Source: an uncultured bacterium | GTDB taxonomy: Bacteria > Hydrogenedentota > CAZGCA01 | DNA: 64,000 nt | Assembly: GCA_964524145.1 (NCBI GenBank) | Contig: CAZGCA010000010.1 | Location: 13,807-77,806, forward strand | Direction: 5' to 3' | In this document: positions 17,587 to 26,071 of the stretch, piece by piece | Position numbering within the stretch: position 1 is the first letter of the stretch | Layout of the letters: every line of letters starts with the position of its first letter | Translations under genes and position numbers: made by a program | Notes under the pieces: model-generated | Told to the model about the DNA's origin: nothing | The model's input: only the letters and a program-made list of their open reading frames with translations | Databases searched by the model: none

Positions 17587-17760
17587 CGCACACTGACAGC
17601 CTTTCAGCCCGGCGCGCGTGAGCGTCACGATCCATTTCCCTTTTTCCGCAAGTGTTGCTTAGCCCCAGGTCGGAGTTTTGTAACCGGGAAGAAGCCGTTC
17701 GCGATGCGCTTTCGGACTATTATCTGCTCTGCTATTGCTCGTAATCGAAATATGATCTTT

Positions 17761-19017
17761 CTAGTCTACCGGGAACATGAGCTTGCTTGAGACCACCGTC
17801 TTGCGCTCATCCATCACAGTCAAGAACCAGATCTGGGCGTTTTCCGGGGGGCGCTTCGAGGTGATAACGTCCTGCTCAATGGTCGCCGGTTGCTTTAACC
17901 ACTTGCGGGTTCGGGGATTCCCCGGAAGCGCGTCCAACGTGTAGTGAAGCTCCGCTGCAACCAATTTCGTCTTTGTGTCGACCTTTGCCGATACGAGCGT
18001 TTCTGTGATTTCCGGCGAGGAGATCCTGGCCAGCGGCATTCCATTTTCGAGGTGATGTCTGATAAAGACCTCGACTGCCTTTGGACGGTCAAAGATGTGT
18101 CCATGCGGCATGTCCGGCACGAACCGAATGTTCTTTTCCGACCGAACCAGATCATAGGTCCTGGCATAACTGTCTGGCGGATATGCGAAGTCCTTTCCAC
18201 CGTTTGCAAACAATATCGGCATCGTTGCGGAACCAACATATTGGGAAGGATCCCAGAGCTGAATCCATTTGGCCCTGCTTTCAGCCGACATCTTCTCGAA
18301 CTCATTGAGCCACGTGCTGTTTTCATGCAGAAACCCACAGCCGTATACCGGAACCGCAGCTTTGAAACGACTGTCGAGCCCCGCCACAATGCAAGTAAGG
18401 TACCCGCCCCAACTGATGCCGGTGATGGCTGTCCGCTCGTCATCGACTTCAGGAAACGAGAGTATGAGCGAATGGGCGCGCATCACATTGGCGACGGCAT
18501 GATAGGTCCATTGCTCAGTGGGCGACTGGTCGATAGTTTCAAACTTCATGTCATGGCCCTGGCCCGGCCCGCCATCCGGCAACCGCACATCCTTCTTCGG
18601 GCCGCAACCGGCCAGGTCCATCGCGATGGCCGCGTACCCCCGCTTTGCCCAGAGCCGGACCCAGTTGGGAAATGCGGTTCCGCCACCGCCATGAACAAGA
18701 ACGACTGCCGGAAGCTGCTTGTCTCGGGTTGGATCACCCGAAACCGTCCCCGGAGTTGCATAGTATGAGAACACACGGGTTGTAATTCCCTTGTATGGTT
18801 CGCTCTTATAGTACAATGATCGGACTTCCTTCCCCTCGGCCCACTCAAACTCGGGGGGCTTGCTCAGCTCTTCGAGATCCCACGGTGTTGTTCCGGGCAA
18901 CGAATTTGCTCGGCGGATGGGTTTGGTGTCGGCAGTGACGACGCACTGCGCACTCACGGCCAAGATCGCGCCGAAGACCAGCCAGAAACGGCTACGTAAT
19001 ATCTTTTTCATCTCCAT
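17761..19017 (-). CDS. Secreted alpha/beta hydrolase (acetyl xylan esterase / dienelactone hydrolase-like)
   Basis: The signal peptide MEMKKILRSRFWLVFGAILAVSAQ starts at the internal ATG 19017, which has an upstream AGGAAGG. VVLVHGGGGTAFPNW and a GISWGG nucleophile elbow are present. Confidence 0.65.
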   Translation of the reverse strand: MEMKKILRSRFWLVFGAILAVSAQCVVTADTKPIRRANSLPGTTPWDLEELSKPPEFEWAEGKEVRSLYYKSEPYKGITTRVFSYYATPGTVSGDPTRDKQLPAVVLVHGGGGTAFPNWVRLWAKRGYAAIAMDLAGCGPKKDVRLPDGGPGQGHDMKFETIDQSPTEQWTYHAVANVMRAHSLILSFPEVDDERTAITGISWGGYLTCIVAGLDSRFKAAVPVYGCGFLHENSTWLNEFEKMSAESRAKWIQLWDPSQYVGSATMPILFANGGKDFAYPPDSYARTYDLVRSEKNIRFVPDMPHGHIFDRPKAVEVFIRHHLENGMPLARISSPEITETLVSAKVDTKTKLVAAELHYTLDALPGNPRTRKWLKQPATIEQDVITSKRPPENAQIWFLTVMDERKTVVSSKLMFPVD

Positions 19018-19152
19018 TCTCCACCTTCCTATCCATAACGCTTGCCATGACGGGCAGGCAATGGCCGTGCGATGCGCGGCTATGGCTTGTCGTGGTCGAT
19101 GGCTTTGATCGGCCTCCTCGGGATGGACGGCTTCGCACAAGCGCGGGGCTCA

Positions 19153-19860
19153 CTAGGAACCCTCGGATTCCTTGTGCTTGATGGGCAGCAGCTTGATATT
19201 CTTGAACCAGCACTCGCTACCGTGGTCTTGGAAGCCGATATAACCGCTCCGGGGATGGTCCTTGTAGTTCTGATCCGTGAATTTGTGCCTGGTGCCGTCG
19301 GGGCGCATGTTCGGCTCGGCGAATTCATCCAGGTCCATGTGTATCACGTGCTCGCCGTTGAAGACCACGTCGATGATGTTCCGGTCGCAGGTAATAACGA
19401 TATGGTTCCATTTGCCCGCGGGTTTCATGGCGTTCTTCGTCGGCTTCACCAGGTCATAAATGGCGCCCGTATCGTGATAGCCTGCGCCGGTGGTGTCGTC
19501 GATGGCCACTTCGATCCCGTTATAACCCACGTCCTTCCCACGCTGGCGTTTCAAGGAGAAGGTGCGCAGGAAGATCCCCGTGTTGCAGCCGGGCTCGATC
19601 GCGAAATCCAGCGACAACACGAAGTCCGACCACATTTCCTTGTGAATCATCATGTACCCGCCGCATTTACGTGGGTTGATACAGCCGTCCTCAACAGGAC
19701 GCCGGCTCGCGCGCCGGCTGCTGGTCATCCATCCGTCCAGGGTCTTCCCGTCGAACAGAAGGAGCCACCCATCTTCCTTTTCCTGTGCGGTTAGTTCGTT
19801 GTCCGCAGCCAACGCAGCGCCACACAGGGACAGCATCATGATTGCGATTATCGTTTTCAT
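19153..19860 (-). CDS. DUF1080 (3-keto-disaccharide hydrolase / LamG-like) secreted protein
   Basis: The signal peptide MKTIIAIMMLSLCGAALA is at the internal start. EDGWLLLFDGKTLDGWM...GIFLRT...GYNGIEVAIDD...TGAIYDL...GKWNHIVITC...NGEHV...GYIGFQDHGSECWFKNIKL is the classic DUF1080 pattern. Confidence 0.75.
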   Translation of the reverse strand: MKTIIAIMMLSLCGAALAADNELTAQEKEDGWLLLFDGKTLDGWMTSSRRASRRPVEDGCINPRKCGGYMMIHKEMWSDFVLSLDFAIEPGCNTGIFLRTFSLKRQRGKDVGYNGIEVAIDDTTGAGYHDTGAIYDLVKPTKNAMKPAGKWNHIVITCDRNIIDVVFNGEHVIHMDLDEFAEPNMRPDGTRHKFTDQNYKDHPRSGYIGFQDHGSECWFKNIKLLPIKHKESEGS

Positions 19861-20109
19861 GTCCGCTCCTCGATGAACGCGACGAGACCGCCGCGTATTG
19901 GGCCAAAGGCCAGGCGTCTCTCCTCTTGACGGGTCCTCAGAAGGGCAGAGACCCATACTCTATTCTCTGATTCACTCTAGACGGGAAGTTCCTATTCCTT
20001 ACTGACAATGGCACCCGGGTCACTCGCGTTAGTGACCACGCCATTCTAACATTTTCTGGAGCCCAAGTGCATTCGAGATGTTCTTCGCGACGCGTCCCAC
20101 TAAAGACCG

Positions 20110-20395
20110 ACTATACGTATTCGGAACATCTGGGAAAGATTGGAGCCGGTGGTAGAGTAGATATTCGGCCTCTGGCAACCGCCCAGGTTGAGAGCTTCGC
20201 GTCGTGCTAGCGTCCGGGCCCTGAGTTCCATTCCTGTTGTACCCCCCAGCGTGCCCGAATAGTCGATTTCTTCCTTGACACCCCATCTCAATGCAGGTAT
20301 GCGACCTATAGAGTAGATCTTCCGGTCAGAATATCTACAGAAGTTGGATGCTCCATATCTGGCTTCCCGTACTGGACGATGTTAGAACTATGGAG
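20110..20395. mobile_element. IS transposase 3'-end remnant (copy E), internally deleted
   Basis: ttcggaacatctggga...ggtagagtagatattcggcctctggcaaccgcccaggttgagagcttcgcgtcgtgc aligns with 25375-25470. atttcttccttgacaccccatctcaatgcaggtatgcgacctatagagtagatcttccggtcagaatatctacagaag (20262-20343) is near-identical to 25748-25826. The tggacgatgttagaact block at 20374-20394 matches copy F. Confidence 0.55.
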
Positions 20396-20477
20396 GCGAG
20401 GGCAGACACGAGTCCAATCGATAACGCCGTGGCGCTTGTTGCTTGGGTATGATGATCAGATGACCAGTTCGCAACCT

Positions 20478-21413
20478 TCACTTCTGAAGAATCAACGGCT
20501 TCGACTCTAGTGTCTGCCTGATCCCCTTGGCGACATCACTGAAGCCCTGATCTTGATTTTTCCACCCGCCAGCGACAGGTTTTCCGTCGGTAGGCAATGC
20601 CTTTAACTTGGAAAACGGTGCTTTATGCCAGTCACAATCTCTCAAGATGACAGGTATCACTATCGCACGTTTCAGTTGATGCTGCTGGAGTGCGAATTTC
20701 ATCTCTACCCCAGTACAGTACTCTGACGCCATAAAGCTCCGACTTACAAGAAGTAGAATCATTCGAGCTTTCTTCAGATTCTCGTCGATCTCATTGTCGA
20801 CCTCTCCGCCAGGAAGAATCTGACGATCATACCACTCGGATATGTAACCTTGGTTCTTCAAGAGACTCAAGTGGTCGTCCAACTTTTTCAGCATCCTCTT
20901 GTCTTCGTGGGAATACGAATAGAAAAGGAGTATTGGATCCTGGTTGGCCCTGCCGTTCTCTCCGGACACGATACTAGTCACGCCATCTGGTGCGTGTACG
21001 GCACCGGGCTGCGCTGGCTGGATGGGCACCCCGCTGTTCCCAAGACGCTCAATGAACAAGTTCCGCTCACCGTAAGTGCTGTAGTGGGAATAAATGGCGC
21101 TGAGCTGATCGTGGCTTATGGGCTCGCTGAGCCCCGCCAAGAATCTCACTGACTTCCCGATGATCTCATCGAAATCGTTGCCCATCAATTGAACAGAAAC
21201 GCAAAGGAGAACCTTGTGAAAACCGACAGGGTCCACATCCCATGTCGGCAATTCTTCAAGCAAACGGTCGATGAAATGGGATGGGTCCAAATGAGGAACG
21301 TTGAAATTCTTTTGGCTATGATACCAATCCAATGCTAGGAATCCCCACAGATCCCCGTCGAGATAGCTCTTGATGTACGACAGCCAATCCTTCATTTTAT
21401 TCTTATCCCACAC
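20478..21413 (-). CDS. TIR-domain protein (unknown roughly 150-aa N-terminal domain, C-terminal TIR_2-like domain with the catalytic Glu motif)
   Basis: The C-terminal ILLFYSYSHEDKRMLKKLDDHLSLLKNQGYISEWYDRQILPGGEVDNEIDENLKKARMILLLVSRSFMASEYCTGVEMKFALQQHQLKRAIVIPVILRDCDWH follows the bacterial TIR pattern (FISYSHED...W.DR.I.PG......I...A...ILLVS..F..S.YC..E). It is the last gene of the 4-gene operon. It is AT-rich relative to its surroundings. Confidence 0.7.
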   Translation of the reverse strand: MWDKNKMKDWLSYIKSYLDGDLWGFLALDWYHSQKNFNVPHLDPSHFIDRLLEELPTWDVDPVGFHKVLLCVSVQLMGNDFDEIIGKSVRFLAGLSEPISHDQLSAIYSHYSTYGERNLFIERLGNSGVPIQPAQPGAVHAPDGVTSIVSGENGRANQDPILLFYSYSHEDKRMLKKLDDHLSLLKNQGYISEWYDRQILPGGEVDNEIDENLKKARMILLLVSRSFMASEYCTGVEMKFALQQHQLKRAIVIPVILRDCDWHKAPFSKLKALPTDGKPVAGGWKNQDQGFSDVAKGIRQTLESKPLILQK

Positions 21414-23169
21414 AAGGGCACTCGTGAGCGCGCCGAGGCGGAGATGCCCATGAATAGAGTGCTACGTAGTGAGAATCATGGAGAAACTCACCAATCGAGA
21501 AGCCATTAGCGGTTCTGTCCAAAAAGACGGCGAAGGACAGAATGTTGGCATCGTAGAACTCACAGATTGCACGCAAAGCGGATAGTGTTTTGAAGTGATG
21601 TGCTGCTTGATCAACAATCAGTACCGAAGCCGCCGTTAGTGCCTCAGATCCATAGGTGTCGTTGATGAAATCGACCACCTCCGAACCAACGTGCTGTCCA
21701 GCTACCATAGCAAGGAGATCGCGTGGTATACCAATCACGCTGTCCGGTCGCAGACCTAGAACGTCGCTGATAGCCAAACCGAGTCTTTTGGCCTCAGGCT
21801 CGTCGGGAATCACGATCTTACGAATCCACCGCGGGATTATGCCCCGCGTCGTAAGCGCATTGCGAATCCGGAGCGCAAGGTCGAAGCTATGCCTCCCAAA
21901 AATCGGCTCTGTCATAACCCGAAAGTGATAGTGATTGGGAGTCCGGTCTGACGGCCAGTGCCCCACACTATAGAAATCATCGTGCTGCGCCACCAATTCC
22001 CAAAACGTCACAGGGTCGAAGCTCTCGACCTGACGAGCGAAAGCATCGAAATACTGACCCTTAATGGGTGGTATGCCCTGGTCGCAGTACTTGCAGGAAG
22101 CGTCGACCGTATTGATAGCTGAAAAAGGCACATCAAAGTAAAAGAGGGTGCTAGCTTCCACGAAATGGGGCGTATTCCGAAAACGACCGATGCCAGCGAC
22201 CACTATATTTCTGCAACCGCTTGAATGCAATTTCCGAACGGTGTCATTGAGGGGATACATGGGCCCAATGAAATCGCATAAAACAGCAGTGCTGTTGGCC
22301 GGTGTTCTTGTGGCGTCATCTTCGGATGCCAAGAGACGTTCGCTGCTACCCTCGACGAGTTCTATCGCCAGTTCACGAATCCCGCCCATTGGGATGCCAA
22401 AGGGCCATACAGCGAAACTGGAATCGTGCATCCTAACACTAAGATCTTGCCGAAGCTGATTAACGAATGTCGCATTCTCTGCAAGCTTGCGGACAGAAGC
22501 CACGATAGGCAGGTGGAAGATGCGACCGCTGCAGTCCAATTCAAAATGGCCAAACAAGCATCCCATCATCGACTCGATCTCGGGTGCAGAGAGAGTAGGT
22601 CCTGGTTCACTTGCTCTTTCTGGCCTATCGTATTCAGCTTCCAGCGGCGGCAGACCAACGATACTTGTGAGAGATCCATGACACAGCAGTTCCGGCGAAT
22701 GTTCGGGATTGTCAGAAAGCAAAATAAGGGTGATCTTTTTCTTGTTACATAAAGGCATAAGTTTCTGTCGCAGAAAAACGGATTCCAGAAAGGCAAAAGG
22801 GTTTGCCACGGCGACGGTTATGTACCGAGGCGCAACAGCTTTCTCCCTACCGAGTGTAACGAAGAGCGAGTTACAGAAGTCGTCGTATAAATCAACGTCT
22901 GCATTTGGGTCCAGAAACTCGAGAAGCAGTGCGTGACAGGGAACCTTCCGCTTCCTGCAAAGTATCGCGGCCAATCCATCCAGCAAGGGACCAAGATCTG
23001 ACGAAAGCACGATTTCTCTTGGCTGCCTGAACTGCATTCGCGTTGCTGAGGACCCATCGATCAACGACAAGAAAGATCGATAACTATCTGTTGGAATTAC
23101 CGTGTAGACAACCGAATCTGGGCGATAGACTTTTGCTGCGTAGACAGGAAGCCTGTCTGCACTAGGCAT
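21403..23169 (-). CDS. Large protein with a C-terminal phosphoribosyltransferase (PRTase)-like domain and a terminal Cys/His cluster
   Basis: The C-terminal VLIVDQAAHHFKTLSALRAICEFYDANILSFAVFLDR resembles the PRPP-binding loop of type I PRTases (hydrophobic4-D-x6-T-L; compare AGAKVVAIAVLIDR in PyrE/Apt). CKYCDQG and HECPC motifs are present. Its start overlaps the GHKL gene stop by 8 nt and its stop overlaps the TIR gene start by 11 nt. Confidence 0.5.
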   Translation of the reverse strand: MPSADRLPVYAAKVYRPDSVVYTVIPTDSYRSFLSLIDGSSATRMQFRQPREIVLSSDLGPLLDGLAAILCRKRKVPCHALLLEFLDPNADVDLYDDFCNSLFVTLGREKAVAPRYITVAVANPFAFLESVFLRQKLMPLCNKKKITLILLSDNPEHSPELLCHGSLTSIVGLPPLEAEYDRPERASEPGPTLSAPEIESMMGCLFGHFELDCSGRIFHLPIVASVRKLAENATFVNQLRQDLSVRMHDSSFAVWPFGIPMGGIRELAIELVEGSSERLLASEDDATRTPANSTAVLCDFIGPMYPLNDTVRKLHSSGCRNIVVAGIGRFRNTPHFVEASTLFYFDVPFSAINTVDASCKYCDQGIPPIKGQYFDAFARQVESFDPVTFWELVAQHDDFYSVGHWPSDRTPNHYHFRVMTEPIFGRHSFDLALRIRNALTTRGIIPRWIRKIVIPDEPEAKRLGLAISDVLGLRPDSVIGIPRDLLAMVAGQHVGSEVVDFINDTYGSEALTAASVLIVDQAAHHFKTLSALRAICEFYDANILSFAVFLDRTANGFSIGEFLHDSHYVALYSWASPPRRAHECPCVG

Positions 23170-24250
23170 TCGATACGTTCTCCAGCGGCGTTTGGATCCT
23201 GAGTAACGTTCCCGGACTCTCTAACAGTGCGTCGTTCGCATCCGTCTTCCGGGACGTGAAGTCAACGCAGGCTTTCCCGGCACGAATACGGAGCTCACCC
23301 TTCTGTTTCAGTACGTGGGACTTCAGGTAGTATAGTCCGACGCCTGCGCGTTCAGACTCGGAACTGACGCCTTTCTCGGTGGAAATCCTGATTAGCTTTG
23401 AGTCCAGTATCATTTCCGGCTCAGTGAAATACTTGATAAGGTCAGCGTCACTATACTTTAGCAGCTTCTTTCGGGCGCCCGATTCCTGAAACGCGGCTCT
23501 CAAGACGCGAGGTATACCTGCGCCATTGTCAGATATGGCCAGTGTCAGGTTCTTAGCATCCAGACGCATCGAGAGATTAACGAAAGACCCCTTCGCATGG
23601 AGCAATGAGTTCCGTATGCCCTCGCGTAAAACGCGCTGCATAAAGGTGCGTGTGACCTGGTTATCCCATCCGCACATCTGGCTAAGAGCACCAACAATGA
23701 CTTGGCCCTCAAGTTTGTCGAATTGTCGCTGCTGCTTTTCGACTTGCTCGGGGTCCTTTTCTTCGGCCGAAAAGGTAGATATCTCGAGTATCCTGAGGGT
23801 GTGAAGGACAGTCTCATCGCCAAACTGATCTGTTCCCTTTGCGTGACGGTATTGGGACACTCGGTCTAGGTGTGATAACTGTTTACGGCTCAGCAGATTC
23901 GCGGGTTGATCAACACACAGCGAGAGCGCATGGAAGAACTGCCAACGAAGCAGAAAATCCCAGAGTTTCTCGCCTTTGCTGTCCGTAGGCTCAGGAAAGA
24001 TGAGTTGGATGTCATTCCCTTGAATCCTCAGTTTGTGAAGAACAGCAATGAGCCAGAGCAACGTACCCAAGTCGTGCCAGTATGATCGCGACAAGTCAAA
24101 GATAATATATCTGCCGCATGCCTTGTCAAGACCGTCGATATGTTCTGCTTGAAACGCCTTGGCAATAGTCTTCTCCAATTTCAACTGCTTCAGGTAGTAT
24201 TCTGTTCGAATCTTCAGAGGCGTTCCTATTGCCTGTTCGTCAATTGGCAT
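23162..24250 (-). CDS. GHKL-superfamily ATPase (HATPase_c-like) with an N-terminal STAS-like segment
   Basis: N-box REGIRNSLLHAKG, G1 ISDNGAGIP and G2 GVGLYYLKS are present. The N-terminal YIIFDLSRSYWHDLGTLLWLIAVLHKLRIQGNDIQLIFPEP is STAS-like. There is no obvious His-kinase H-box or dimerisation domain. Confidence 0.55.
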   Translation of the reverse strand: MPIDEQAIGTPLKIRTEYYLKQLKLEKTIAKAFQAEHIDGLDKACGRYIIFDLSRSYWHDLGTLLWLIAVLHKLRIQGNDIQLIFPEPTDSKGEKLWDFLLRWQFFHALSLCVDQPANLLSRKQLSHLDRVSQYRHAKGTDQFGDETVLHTLRILEISTFSAEEKDPEQVEKQQRQFDKLEGQVIVGALSQMCGWDNQVTRTFMQRVLREGIRNSLLHAKGSFVNLSMRLDAKNLTLAISDNGAGIPRVLRAAFQESGARKKLLKYSDADLIKYFTEPEMILDSKLIRISTEKGVSSESERAGVGLYYLKSHVLKQKGELRIRAGKACVDFTSRKTDANDALLESPGTLLRIQTPLENVSNA

Positions 24251-24271
24251 GGCTTTCTCCCATGTAACCGG

Positions 24272-24973
24272 CTATAGGCGGCTTATCAGAGACTCTACTG
24301 CCTTCTGCAGGTCGTGTGCTTCATATATGGCACGTCCAACAATTGCATGCCAACGGGAACCCGCAGCTTGTGCAGCTTCGCTTATTTTGCCTCCTTGCGA
24401 AATGAAACCGGGGGCATAGAAAACGGGGTCCACCCCATGAGATGAGAGCAAATCCCTAATGTGGCTGATTACCCCTGGCTTGTTCCCCGGAACAACGTAA
24501 TCTTCAATTCCAAGAAAGGCGGAATTGGTGAACATCTTGTCAACGGCACGGTCTTCGATGTAACCACCGTCGGATGATAGGTATCTCTCGTGAGTCATAT
24601 GGCCGCCTGCTATGATTGTCAGTCCGATCTCTTGGGCTGACTGAATCCAAGCTGTCTGTGTAGCTGGACCCGACAGCGGGAACACAATCATCGCATCTAT
24701 ACCACTCTCCTTAATGGTCTTGGCGAAACCACGGCCCATATCAGGTATATCTGTGCACGCCTTTTGGTGGTCGTAAATCAGCGGCTTCTCTGTGTACCTC
24801 CGAGCAATCTCAACCAAGCTTGGGAGACCCGAAGATAGCGCCAGCGCAGCACCTATCTTGTACGCACCAATCCGAAGGATTGACTGTGTTTCTTTTATAA
24901 TGTCTTCGTAGCGCTCTTTGCTTACGTCGCATGCAGGAACAATACTGCGATCGATCTTAATTATGGTCGACAT
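24272..24973 (-). CDS. Orotidine-5'-phosphate decarboxylase (OMPDC) superfamily protein, PyrF-like fold; first gene of the operon
   Basis: IIKIDRSIVPACDV...GAYKIG, then LIYDHQKACTDIPDM (compare PyrF D-x-K-x-x-D-I-P-N-T), and the C-terminal IVGRAIYEAHDLQKAVESL (compare VIGRPVTQ...). Its 233 aa matches PyrF length. Confidence 0.55.
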   Translation of the reverse strand: MSTIIKIDRSIVPACDVSKERYEDIIKETQSILRIGAYKIGAALALSSGLPSLVEIARRYTEKPLIYDHQKACTDIPDMGRGFAKTIKESGIDAMIVFPLSGPATQTAWIQSAQEIGLTIIAGGHMTHERYLSSDGGYIEDRAVDKMFTNSAFLGIEDYVVPGNKPGVISHIRDLLSSHGVDPVFYAPGFISQGGKISEAAQAAGSRWHAIVGRAIYEAHDLQKAVESLISRL

Positions 24974-25365
24974 GATCAGCTACCTTTCTAAGGGCATGCC
25001 CACACTGGAGAGATGAAGAGGTCTGCGCACATCAGACTTTTCATTCCTCCCGTCTCCAAACAAAACAGCCGTTAAGTCTCACATTACCCGTAGGAACGGC
25101 GGCAATAGTGCCTGGAAACACCCGGGCCTATCAAACCGCCAACGCATCCACACCAATTGGGGGATACTAGTGTTGTAATTCGTCGTGAAAACCACCAGTT
25201 CTCGCCTGCTTTATCCCAGTCGTTGTGAGCGATACTGGGAACGACGGGTTACACTGTTCCTTACAGACTGACACTGTACCACCGCTCTGAATTCAATTCA
25301 ACCACTTCCCGGTTTCACCGAATACTTCGAAACACAAACGCATCACCCAAGGTCGAACGGTGTAC

Positions 25366-25830
25366 GTCTTCAGAACATTTGGGACAAATTAAAACCAGTA
25401 ATAGAGTAGAGATTCGGCCTTTGTATCCCAGTTTGGGAACCTCAGGTCGTGCTCGGGTCTGTGCCTTGAGCCTCCTCCGAGCCTCAAATATCGCTTCCCT
25501 TCTCTTGTAGTATGCATCATCAGGGGTAACGTGTCCCAAATTCAGTTCCCGAGGCTTTTGTAAGGGGCGCCTGCGCAAGATGCTGCAATGCGAGCCTTGC
25601 CTGGCTATCCATATGTTCTCTACTTAGTAGACGCGAAAACACCCTCTTTTCTTTCACCTTCGCTCCGAATTTGTGCCATCGCGTTCACTTGGCCAGATAT
25701 GTGCCGCTAAGGAATGGGTCTTCTCCCCCTCCGTTCCCATATAGTAGATTTCTTCCTTGACACCGCATCTCTTTGCAGGCATGCGACTTATAGAGTAGAT
25801 CTTCCGATTCAAATATCTACAGAAAGGCGG
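25366..25830 (-). mobile_element. IS transposase 3'-end remnant with terminal repeat (copy B); the rve integrase-core C-terminus is detectable
   Basis: ORF 25315..25578 translates to ...LGHVTPDDAYYKRREAIFEARRRLKAQTRA, homologous to ...[31 protein letters not shown] at 45905..46204. The end tcttcagaacatttgggac at 25366 is the reverse complement of the shared terminus. Confidence 0.6.
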
Positions 25831-26071
25831 TGCTGCAAAACCGGCTCCCCGGGTTCGTTTTCGCAGAGCAGTAATTCGAACAAACACGCCTCGCGGCTGA
25901 GTGTAGCCAAGATAAGACGTACTTGGCCTGCCGTCATGGGAGTTACGTTGAGAACCCACTGCGGAGGGAACATTGACCCTCGATTTACCGTCATGCTAGA
26001 ATCCGAACCGCACAGAGAAGCGTACCTAATTGGGTGATAGAAAAAGCACAGGAAGAGGAGCCAGGACACTC

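Noticed and set aside
13420-20400. The recurring motif tggacgatgttagaact (13426, 17447, 20376) as a possible regulatory site or IS left inverted repeat
   Set aside because: Alignment shows it is a degenerate remnant of the transposase C-terminal coding sequence (compare ctggaagcgagaagagaactcgag at about 46090, encoding LEARRELE). It is not a separate element.
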